From contig JBHGNT010000006.1 in NCBI GenBank assembly GCA_043228905.1, positions 15,748,001-15,812,000 of the forward strand: a stretch of 64,000 nt of DNA. Reading direction: 5' to 3'. Every line of letters starts with the position of its first letter. Within the stretch, counting starts at the first letter, position 1. The notes beneath the pieces are model-generated. The model was given only the letters and a program-made list of their open reading frames with translations, ran no database searches and had not been told where the DNA came from. The DNA comes from Azolla caroliniana. Taxonomy: Eukaryota > Plantae > Polypodiophyta. Both the position numbers and the translations under genes were made by a program. Positions 1 through 11,919 of the stretch are shown one piece after another.

Positions 1-581
1 AAGTCACCACACGGTCGAAAGGCATGGCCAAAGAGTGGGAAACACAAGAGGCCATACACCTTGTCCGGCTAGCGAATAACATAAATCTCAGACATCCATG
101 TCTGGTTGGAGAGTTTGAGTTGAGGATTTCTGATTTTTTTAGGGTTTCTGTTTTTGTTAGGTTTAGGTTGAGGTACAGAGACTGTTCTGAGGGTTTAGGT
201 AGCAGCCAATAGTCACTTCTTCGACAACGACTTTCTTACTTCCACTGATTGCAGTTGATGTAGTGGTGATTTGGGGCTTTTTCCACCAAATCGAGGCGGC
301 ATTGGAGGTTCCTTCCACCAAATCGAGGCGGCATATCCAACGCTCACTCCACCATTGGAGGTTCCTTCCATCCATTTTTTTATTTTCAGTACTAAAATGT
401 TTCATTTCTTCATACTTCAGTACTAAATTTTTAGAATTGGCATTTGTCATATTTGATATGTAATTCTAATGTTTGAAACAAAATATTTCTCACTTTGCAG
501 GCTACATTTAAAAACATTTGATTGTGTTTTCTTGGTTGAGTCTATATAACATTAACTACTTTCGCAAGACACTTAATTTTT

Positions 582-3500
582 GTGGATAAATCTAGTGACC
601 GAATGGGGGTTCCTAACGAGAGTGAGTTGTCAAGTAACTCATGCATATCTGAAAGGACTAAGAGACGAGTGGTTCTTCACATAGTCCGTTATTTGGTAGA
701 AATAACGAAGAGATTTAGTGAAGAGGATCGTAGGGATATTATCTGTAGAGTGTTACACCATCAAAGTTTGAATGAAGACATGGAGAAAATAAAATTTAGG
801 GACCAATGTGTTTCAGAAGAGATTGTGGAGTCTATGAAGTCATCCCTAGACTTAGTGAAAGGTGGAGAGAGCATAGACAAACTTGCTGCAAAGAGGGCAG
901 CCCTACACATGGTTGTGAACGGTGCGAGAGAAAAAAAATATAGTGATACTAAAGTTGCCTTAGCCCTGGGTATTCAAAGAAGGAACTTGAGGAAACATCG
1001 CCGAAATATACACTCAAGCAAATTCAAGTGGCTGGGGTCGGGATGTAGACGATGCTGTGATACCTTATCTCAAGAGATTATTGAGAAAGTGGATTCATTT
1101 TGGGCCAAAAATACGCGTGTCTCACCAAATAAGAAGGACGTGTGTAGACAACGAATAAGTCAGGGTAAGTACCAGATTCACCCTAGACACTTCTTGGAGA
1201 TGACAGAGGTATTCCATTTTTTTATATCAATTCACATTCCATAACTTTGTGTTTTGACCAAGTGTATATTAATGTTTGCTATATATATTGGTTGATGTAG
1301 GCTGAATTGTACATGAACTTTAAAGACCAACATCCAAGCTTGACTATTGGATTCCGCAAGTTCCAAGGTTTGAAACCATTTTATGTTAGAAAATTAAATG
1401 AGAGGAATACATGTTGTTGTGTGTACCATGTGAAGATGAACATGTTAAGGCTAGCAGTGAATGCAATGCGTACTGATTCTAAGGGTATACACGGGGAATT
1501 ATGTGTCTGCACTTGTGAGATTTGTAGACCAAATGGGGAGGATAATAGGTGTAATGCACGAAACATGACTTATGCATCCGTTTCTGAGCTATGGAGGTCT
1601 TGTGTTTGTGAAAAAGAACCATCATGTGAGTGGCATCGTCATACATGTCTATTAAGAACATATAAGGTTTGTCCGCTACCATTATTTTGTAAGCAGGAGC
1701 TTGATATGGGAAATAATCATATTGTGAAATGGAAATATTTGGAGTATGTGACTGAAAATATTGGCAAGGGAGTTGTAACTAAGCGTATCAAGGAAGTATA
1801 TAAGGAGACATGTGCTGCTACCCTTGTCTCAGAATTTAAGAAACAACTTGGGGAGTTTATTCCACATAACTTCCGGAGTTATTGGCAAAATTCACAGTTC
1901 AAGGAATGTATTAATAACTTACCAACGGGTGTCATCATATCCGTTATTGATTTTGCAGAAAACTATACATTTAAAGTTTAAAATGAGGTTCAATCAATGC
2001 ATTGGTACAATGATCAATGTACAATACTTGTACATATTTGCTATTGGAGGCAAGACGGTGAGTTACATAAGAAATCAATATTTTACATTTCAGATGATAA
2101 AAAGCATGATACACTATTTGTTCAACATTGTTTTAAGCTTCACCATGCAGATTTATTTTCTCTAGGGTTAACCTTTAACCGTCATTGGGTTTGGTCTGAT
2201 GGTGCTGCCTCGCAATTTAAGGCGGCACGATCATTCTACTTTATCGCCAGGTAATTTTTAATCCATATGTTTAGTACTTATCATGCAATGTGTAAGGAAG
2301 TAATTCTTGTGTTAGTGGATGCATACTAATTATGTTTGTAACTATTAACAAATAGTACTATTCACATGGATGCATACTAATTATGTTTGTAACTATTCGA
2401 ATCTTGCACTTGTGAATGGATGCATGCATACTAATTTTGTTTGTATTATGTTGTACTAAGTAACTTTTAATCCACGTGAAGTGTTCTCCATAGACACATT
2501 GTACTATGTTGTGTTTACAGAAGGATGTAAAGTACTCATCTTGTACTCATAGTATTGTCCGTCCTTAAGAGAATTGTACTAATTATCTTTTTATCCATGT
2601 GAAGTGTTCTCCATAGACACATTGTACTATGTTGTGTGTTGGTTTTGTACTATGTTGTGTTTACAAAAGGATGTAAAGTACTCATCTTGTACTTAGAGTA
2701 TTGTCCGTCCTTAAGAGAATTGTACTAATTATGTTTTAATTCATGTGAAGTGTTCTCCATAGACACATTGTACTATGTTGTGTGTTGGTTCTGTACTATG
2801 TTGTGTTTACAAAAGGATGTAAAGTACTCATCTTGTACTCATAGTATTGTCCGTCCTTAAGAGAATTGTACTAATTATCTTTTTATCCATGTGAAGTGTT
2901 CTCCATAGACACATTGTACTATGTTGTGTGTTGGTTCTGTACTATGTTGTGTTTACAAAAGGATGTAAAGTACTCATCTTGTACTCATAGTATTGTCCGT
3001 CCTTAAGAGAATTGTACTAATTATCTTTTTATCCATGTGAAGTGTTCTCCATAGACACATTGTACTATGTTGTGTGTTGGTTCTGTACTATGTTGTGTTT
3101 ACAAAAGGATGCAAAGTACTCATCTTGTACTTAGAGTATTGTCCGTCCTTAAGTGAATTGTACTAATTATGTTTTAATTCATGTGAAGGGTTCTCCATAG
3201 ACACATTGTACTATGTTGTGTGTTGGTTCTGTACTATGTTGTGTTTACAAAAGGATGTAAAGTACTCATCTTGTACTCATAGTATTGTCCGTCCTTAAGA
3301 GAATTGTACTAAGTATCGATTAATCCATGTGAAGGGTTCTCCATAGACACATTGTACTATGTTGTGTGTTGGTTCTGTACTATGTTGTGTTTACAAAAGG
3401 ATGTAAAGTACTTATCTTGTACTTATAGTATTGTCCGTCCTTAAGAGAATTGTACTAATTATGTTTTAATCCATGTGAAGGGTTCTCCATAGACACATTG

Positions 3501-5017
3501 TACTATGTTGTGTGTTGTATCTATACTATCTTGTGTTTACAGGAGGATGTAAAGTACTCATCTTGTACTCATAGTATTGTCCGTCCTTAAGAGAATTGTA
3601 CTAAATCAGTATTTACTCATGTTGTACTCATAGTATTGTACTCATCTTGTACTCATCTTTTAAACGCACTGTGTGGTACTGATTATCTATTAATCAATGT
3701 TCATCGTTCTCCATGAACACACTGTATTGTACTATGTGTTGTATCTATACTAAATCAGTGTTTATTGGGGGATGTAAAGTACATGTCTTGTAGTACTAAT
3801 GATCTTCTACGGAGGGTTGTGTTCTCCGTGGACACATTGTATTGTACTATCCGATATTGAACATTTTGTACTATTTATCTGTTAATACATGTAGAGTGCT
3901 TTCCATGAACTCATTGTACTATACTTTGTGCTATATCCATACTAAGTTAGTATTAAATGGATGCCAGGTACTGTTGGTCGACAACATAGTACTATTTATC
4001 TTTTAATAAGTGTAGAGTGTTCTCAATGGATACGTTGTGCTATGCTTTGTTTTGTATTTGTACTAAATCAGTATTAATGGAAGTGTAGTACTCTCAATTG
4101 ACAACATAGTACTAATTTTGTTGGAAACCTGAGATACCAAAGCATTCAATATTCGTATGCGATGGAATTACTTTGGGTCTGGACATGGAAAAGGAGAGCA
4201 TGATGGTGCGGGGGCTGTGATCAAACGTGCCCTTACAAGTGAGCAGTTGGATAATAATGGCGCTAAGTTACAAAATGCACATGATGTTGTGCAGTGGCTA
4301 ACATGGAAGATGTCAAATGATGGTAAGAACAGATTGTTTGTTGAAGTTCGCGCTGATGAGGTCGATAGAACTAAATCATATGGTTGTAAAACCGTGAAAG
4401 GCACACGCAACACCCATTGTGTGTTAGGGTTTAGCCGCAAGGACACAACCCAATTGTTACTCCGTAGTTTATCATGCTTTTGTTCCATGTGTCTAGATGA
4501 AGCTTGGGATAAATGCATCAACCTATCAATCGTGGAGCCCTGGAAGTTGCAGAAGCTTGAGCCTGAACGACAAGATGATATTGAAGAGGATGTGCATTCA
4601 AACGATATTGTATACTACAACCAAAATCAAGACTTGGCAGTTTTATTGGAAGTTGGAGATCATTTTGCAGTGCTCAAATATCCTCAGAATGACGATTTAG
4701 AAGACTACTACATTGTGGTGTGCAAGCAAGGAAAGACATTATTGAAAGAAGTGGTGAGGGATGGTTGGGGCAACAATTTCAACGTTGGTGAGTCTGTCGT
4801 GTATGGAAACCATTATGCAAAGTTGCCGCAGTGCAAGAACACATATGCATTACTAAAAGAAGCACCCATCGCAATAACCTACGTTGATGCCATTCTTGCG
4901 ATCAAATTCAATATGACTCAAGCAAAGCACAAGGTTAAGGGATACAACACTGTCTACAAGGTCCCCCGAGAGGTTCATGAGCACATATTAGGGGAGGTCT
5001 CTCTATTTAATGCTTGA
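582..5017 (+). pseudogene. Spliced Sola2-like DDD transposase (exons ~582/603-1208, 1301-2250, ~4134-5017), inactivated
   Basis: Motifs VIDFAENY..(Q)NEVQSMHW, WSDGAASQFK and WNYFGSGHGKGEHDGAG form the D-D-D triad. Cys-rich segments (TCCCVYH, CVCTCEIC, SCFCSMC). GT-AG intron 1209-1300 joins the ORFs in frame. In-frame TAA at 1979-1981. Donor at 2251; the acceptor near 4133 seems to need a frameshift. The Sola2 subgroup label is from recalled motifs. Confidence 0.75.
2471..3600 (+). repeat. 146-bp tandem repeat (~7.5 copies) inside transposase intron 2
   Basis: Unit start TCCATGTGAAG recurs at 2594, 2740, 2886, 3032, 3178, 3324 and 3470; a shorter copy at 2471; degenerate GTACTA-rich flanks from ~2300 to ~4110. 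Confidence 0.95.
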
Positions 5018-5477
5018 AAGTCACCCTATCAATACATTGTACCAGAAAACTGAAAAACATCCACTTGGAGTTCACTATTAATTTTGATGATTGACAAATG
5101 AATTGATATATTTCGTCTTTCTTCCAAAGTGTTTATGCCTCTCAACCACTTGTACTTATCTTTCATAATATATTAGCTATTGTCAACAGGACTTGGATTT
5201 CTTCATTGCCGATATTGCTCATGTTTCCTGATGTTATTTGAGCATAGGAGTTTTGCAGAGCCATGTTAAAATGAGTAAAAATATTGTATAAGAGTTGGTG
5301 TGTCCTCTGTTGGCACATAAATCTGCTCTTCTTTTGCTACCAAGAGAAGATTGTTAGTTGAATTCATTAAAGACTTTAATATTGTAAGATTTTCTACTGT
5401 AAGTTCATTCTTCAAAGGGGGCAATGAATTCTGTGAAGACAACAATGAAAATTATTCTCTCAGAATCCTTTTTTGTT

Positions 5478-8400
5478 TCATGATATGTCCTGTGAAGCCA
5501 TCTGAGTTTTAACTTCTTGTATATAAGTCTTGAATATCCAGGCTATGGATTTTAAATTACAGACCTTCCTTTCCTTAACAAAATAATCCAACTTCTGAAA
5601 CAATAATTTGTGATAGCTCAAAAAGGTAAGTGTTTCCTTACTACTGTTAGTGGATGGTTCATCCTTTGGGATGATATCATCCAAATATGGCCCACATTGC
5701 TTCAACAATTTGCACACATTCTGGTTACCCTCCAATTTGCACACATTTTGGCTAAGAAGACTTTCAAGCATTTTATCTACAATAGACTGAAAGACTTTGC
5801 GAGGATTAGGAGATGATCTCAAAAAAGAAACAAAACGTTGTAAAATAAGAATACTTAGATCAAAAAGTATATTCCCATTATTTTTGATATATGTTGACGA
5901 GCAAAATACAGAAGCAATCCTTAAACATGAACTTGATTTCACACTGGTATAACTATTTCAGATTCATGAACTGGATTTTTTACATTGGCAATTGAAACAG
6001 TATTTTGGTATCCAAATAGTTCAATTTCAGACATCACTAACAACTAAAGTTCAAGTACAATTGAAAGACAATCAGGCACTAGAGGGTAACTTGGCCGATC
6101 TTGTAATGCGCTTGTTGGTGCTAGATTTTTCTGATTTTACATTCTTCTTTATCTTAAAGCCTTTAGGTATGAGCTGACTAAGTGGCACTTCATCATCAGA
6201 GGCATCAGAGACAGGCGTGGATGCGCGGGCACCTTGTACTGGTGGCAAGCTTGAGAGAGCAACTATGTTTTCTGCAACTGTAATGCTTGTACACAAATCC
6301 ACAAAGGTGTTGTCGATAGACAAATTATCACTCATCTCCTGAATGCTTGTACTCCTAGCGATCTTTATTGCCCTATCATCATCACCAATGCCTATACACT
6401 CGTTCTTATTAGACTCCTGTATGTGGACTGTGGCAGTAGTCATGGTCAACTCCTCTTGTACGGTGGATGTCACCTCATTCTTAAGATAACGTTGTTCGCT
6501 CTGAGTACAATCAGGCCCACCTTCATTAGTAACGTTGTTCGCTCTACACTCCTCATGGGATTCTGTACAATCAGGCTTATCTTCAGGGAAAGCGATGTTC
6601 TTTCCACGATCCTCTTCATTACTAGCAATGTTCTTTCCATGATCCTCATGGGAATCTTTAGACAGTACTAGCACATTATCAGTACAATCAGTCTTCTCTT
6701 CAGCACTTGCCACATTATCAATACAATCAGTCTTCTCTTCAGTACTTGCCATATTCTTTCCACACTCTTCATGGGCTTCAATCTTCTCTTCAGTACTTGC
6801 CATATTCTTTCCACACTCATAGGCTTCTTTAGACATAGTGTTGTTTGTACATGCCAGCTGCTCTTCACATATGAATGCTTCATTTTTCTCACAATCCTCA
6901 TGTGTGGAAGATGTGCTTTCAGAGTCTGCCTCCTTGCAAAGGTTAATTTGATTCTGACTCTGATGGGAATCTGACTCTGCACTTGTGCTCCATGAAGTTC
7001 CCGATTCATTTGATTGCAGTTGGGAATCAGATTGCTCTTGTAAACCTAATTAATGGGATTCCAAAGAATATTGGTATCAACTCACATACTCAAAAGTTTG
7101 CAAACAATGAACATAGGGTTTAGGGCCACATTTTTACCTAATGTTACATCGTCATACTGTACAGCCGTAGATACCCCATTGCAAGTGGTGGGCTCGGTCA
7201 TCTTCTCCACAACATCTAGGTGCTCAACAGTGTTGTTATGATCTATAATAACAACAAAAATAGGGTTGTTATGAGCTAAATCATTGTTTTCAAAGTCTGG
7301 CTTTTGACGTGTACCTAGGAGTGTGATAAATTCGTCTTCATGATCAGGTTTTGGACTCGTATCTCCGTCACCAAATATCATTTCATCATCAGCTAGTAAC
7401 ACAAGTACATGGTATTAGACAATGGATTAGGTTGACAATGCTCCAGACAGGTGAGAACTTATATGACTCACCATTGCATTCAACTTTGCCTTTCTTGCTG
7501 TTTCCATACAACATTCTTGCAGCATTTCTCTTCTTACTGGGCTCTATTTGTAAAGAAATTGCATTTCTCTTCTTACTAGGCTCTATTTCTTGATGTTGAC
7601 CGGAGCTTGGGGAATTTGTTTGTAGAAGCATATGTTCCACTACTCCAATGGCCCTTCTCATACATTCATCCTCATCATAAAAATCATAGGTTATTGGTAA
7701 TGATGGTCCCTGAACCTTGGAATGTGCAGCAGATATTGAGGGTTTAGGCACAGGGACTAGTTGTTCCATTACCTTCCCTGGCGTGGAGTTGCTTGACACT
7801 ACAACATTCATTGCAAGAAACAAAAAAACCTTGAATGTTAGTACCATCATCTAAAATATATAATGTAGGTCACAAGAGCTGCTTCCCATTTTACACAATG
7901 TACCAATCATGAACAATGTACTACTCACATAGTTCCTAAATTACTGAACTAGTACTAATAAGGAACACTGTACTGCTCACTTAGTTCCCAATTTACACGA
8001 TTAGTACTAATCATGCACAATGTACACAAGTAGTACTAATCATGCACAATATACTACTCACTTAGTTACCAAATTACACAAGTACTAATCCCGAAAAATG
8101 TACCACTGACTTAGTCAAATTAATAAGTAGTACTAATCTTGAACAATGTACTACTCACTTATTTCCTAAATCATTGAACTAGTACTAATCCCGAACAATG
8201 TACTGCTCACTTAGTTCCCATTTTACACAAGTAGTACTAATCATGCACAATATACTACTCACTTAGTTAGCAAATTACACAAGGAGTACTAATCCCGAAC
8301 AATATACCACTAACTTAGTCAAATTACACAATTAGTACTAATCCTGAACAATGTACTACTCAACAATGTACCACTGACTTAGTCAAATTACACAATTAGT

Positions 8401-11170
8401 ACTAATCTTACAAAATGTACTACTCACTTATTTTCTAGATTACTGATCTAGTACTAATAAGGTACAAAACTAGTACTAATAAGGAACAAAGTACTACTCA
8501 GTTCCCAAATTACAAAACTAGTATTAATCATGAGCAATGTACTAGTAACTTAGTTCACAAAGTACAGAACTAGTACTAATCATGAACCATGTAGTACTTA
8601 CTAAGTACTAATCCAACAAATGTAGATTGGTATTTTGCACACAAGTAATACTAAACATGATATGTGTTCTACACACCTAGTTACATAACTTGTACTAATT
8701 ACACCAACAGTATTAATCTTGAACAATATTAGTACTAAACGTGATATGTGTTTGACACACCTCATTTCCAAATTACAATAATTGTACTATTATTCAGCAA
8801 TTTACTATACACCTTGTTCCCAAATTACATTACTAGTACTAATTCCCAAGTTACACAAACAATACTAACAGTCAACAGTGTACTATAAGTATAGTGTTTA
8901 CTAAACTAATACTAGGCAAGTTGCAATATAGATTGGACGATGTTATACCTGGTTCCCTTTTAGTACTACTAATTCTGGAAAATATCCCTTCAACTACACA
9001 TACCAATTATATATTAAGAGTACTGCCAATACTAACCCACATAATTAGGGTTCCACATAATAGTTGTTAGAGATTACACTAAATTTGAAGTATGAATTGT
9101 GGCATACACTAGTTCTAGTCCAAATGTTAATTGACATCATATAATACAAACAATAGAATAGTAGAGCCACATACCGTACGGGTGTACTTTTAAACCCCAA
9201 GCATAGTACCACTCAGCCGCAATTGTAGTTTTACAGTCCATACATGTATTCTCTTTCTCAAAATGATACTTAGCACATAGCACATGATATGTGTGCAAGC
9301 ATGGTGTAATCACAACATCCATAGCCTCCAGCTTGAATCCGAGGCCACAAAATATACACCTGGAAGATTGCAAACACAAGTTATAATATATTAGCTACTC
9401 ACTTATTTATACCAGAGAAGTAGAAATAAATAACTTTTAAAGCTAATACCGTGATATAGCTATACTAATAATGGTACTTTCTATACCACTTGGGTGCTCA
9501 ATTACAGATGGACACAAAGTATCAAAACCATTTTGTTTTAAATCCTGCATCAAGCATGCAAGGTTCTCAGAATGCAACTTTAAGGCTGACAACTTATTAT
9601 CTATTTCTTCATGTGCATTCCTGCAAGTATCAAGGTCTCTCATCTGTGCACCTAATTGAGTGCCCATATTGTTCAGCTCTTTCTTCAACTCCTCTTTCAA
9701 CACCTCACTTTCTGAATTTTGGATTGTCGATGCAATCCATTCATATGTAGTTTTTATTGAAGAAAATTTCTTTTCTGCCTGTATCTCAGCTAATTTAACT
9801 GCTTCCAAATCAACAAGCAGTGTTTGTATTCTTGAGCTCATAGAAGCTATGCAACCGGCCATCATCTGTTCATGCTTTTCAGTCATTGTGGCCCGTACCT
9901 TTGCCTCTAGAACTTGGTGGATAGGTGTTATAGCTAGAATATCCACATGAGAGGTTCCAGATGACTTCAAGCCAGTGTTGGTACTGCAGGACCCTTTGTA
10001 ATGTTCTGACCGGTGCCGTTTAAAATCTTCCCAATTTACGTCAATGCCACCTTGAACTTCACATGTAAAAGCACGTGCAAAAACAGTACCCACCTCATTG
10101 TTAGTGATTTGATTTGTATCATAAACATGTTCGTATCTCGTCTTCAATAAATTCATGTATTCCCTCTTCAAACCACTTATGTGGAATCCTCGCCTTGTGT
10201 CGGGATATGCTAACCCCCAGGTTTTTAACAACCACTCTCTCAGCTCTGGATAAACGTCAGGTCGTGCTCGAAGGAAATAATTCCATCCAAGAGGTGTGTC
10301 TCGACTGATGGAGTGGTACATCTTCTTTCTTTGTGTTGATGAATTCATCACCCTTTCTCTTGTGGGTGTCTTCTTGCTTTCTTTCATGGGTGTCCTTCTT
10401 GCTTTCTTTCATGGGTGTCCTTCTTCCTTCCTTCACTGGTGTCTTCACTTTCTCTTTCATCAATGTCTTCTTTATGGGTGTCCTTCTCGTCATTGTCCTA
10501 GTCAACACAATTCTCAGGGAATGAATATGCATGTACTAGAAGAAAACTCAATCAATTACCATCAACACATAGCAAATCATCACACTGCATGTACAAACCA
10601 TGTCAAACACACAATAACCCTAAATAGTCGGAAAAAAACTCATCCATGTCAAACACACAGACAATAAAAACAGACGCATACAAAAATCAAAGAAAACGAA
10701 AACATTGTAAATCATCATAGCCAACTCCATCACATCGCATGTACAAGCCATGTTAAACACACAAAAACCCAAAATAGTCGGAAAAACACTCATCCATGTC
10801 AAACTCACACAAAATAAAACAGATGGACAGGAAACAAGAACAAAACGAAAACATAGCAACTCATCATAGCCAACTCCATTTATGTTGCATGTACAAACAT
10901 GTCTAACACACAACCACCTCGATCAAAATATTGTCATACATTTTTAAAAGAAACATAGAAACACAGAGAAAACAAAAACATACCAGTTGGGCATGCAACA
11001 CATAGACTACGAATAATCAAACCCTAAAAATGGCCATACACATGCAAATAAAAAACAGATAGACAAGAAACATTCAGAAAAAGAAAACATACCAGTTGGG
11101 CATGCAACAAAGAGAATACCTGGAGGTCGTACAACTTGTAGAGGTACCACACCGTGTTGATTTCGACACC
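5478..11170 (-). pseudogene. Multi-exon gene convergent with the transposase: coiled-coil region, RING-H2 finger and long acidic low-complexity region (probable transposon cargo)
   Basis: Minus-strand ORF chain 10532-9443, 9379-9137, 7850-7082, 7009-6072, 5942-5478. RING-H2 signature CIFC-x15-CLH-x2-H-x2-C-x10-CMDC at 9137-9379. Frameshifts between ORFs. Exon boundaries are only approximate. Confidence 0.55.
7890..8900. repeat. Degenerate AGTACTAAT-rich tandem repeat in an intron of the RING gene
   Basis: Many copies of AGTACTAATC..GAACAATGTACTACTCACTTAGT with irregular spacing. Confidence 0.85.
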
Positions 11171-11414
11171 TTGGGAGCACACCAAGCCTTCAAAATCACC
11201 TATATGCAAGAGGTTGTTGACGAGGCTGCTGCAGAGGAGACAAACGAGCATAGACAGAGGAGACAAACGAGCATACACAAGGAAGGAAAATCAACAACAC
11301 ATACAACGAGCAGGGGAAACAAAAATCTCTGCGTATACAGAGTTTAGAGATCGAACCTGGCACAGAGGGGAACACAAGAATAGCTATGCGGGGAAACAAA
11401 GAATCGAAGGTGGA

Positions 11415-11652
11415 GTGAGAGAGAGAAACAGAAAGAAAGAAAGAAATAGAGCTTCGAAGGTGGAGTGAGAGAGAGAAAGAGAGAGATAGACCTGTAATAG
11501 ATATGTCATCTTTCTTTAACTTTCTGCCACTGTCTGTCTGACAACTTTGAGACAGGAGAGAGAGAGAGAGAGAGAGTGAGTGAGAGAGAGAGACATACCA
11601 ATTTACACGTTCGACTACCCATACCAAAGAGAGAGAGAGAGAGAGAGAGATA
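11415..11652. repeat. (GA)n microsatellite cluster
   Basis: GAGAGA runs at ~11416, 11467, 11556-11592 and 11628-11650. Confidence 0.9.
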
Positions 11653-11919
11653 CTGAGACTGACCAACTATCACAATGGATACCTTCTCCAGGTGTGCTTT
11701 CGTACAACTCTACCTAGGAGACTGGGGCAACAATTAATGTATTAAATATGGCCTAGGGACATTTCGAGTGTGACGTATAATATCTTGTGCATTTGAGTGT
11801 GACGTAATGAATTTGTTTTTTGTTTTTTGAAATTTATTTACAATTTTTAATGTTTATTTTCTTCTTTGATTTAGTACTAAATTTTTGGCCAAAAGTTGGT
11901 ACACCGTAGCATGCTTCGA

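Noticed and set aside
582-5017. CACTA/EnSpm or hAT assignment for the left transposase
   Set aside because: No Transposase_21 or hAT dimerisation motifs and no CACTA terminus seen; the DFAENY/SDG/HGKG triad fits Sola-type enzymes better.
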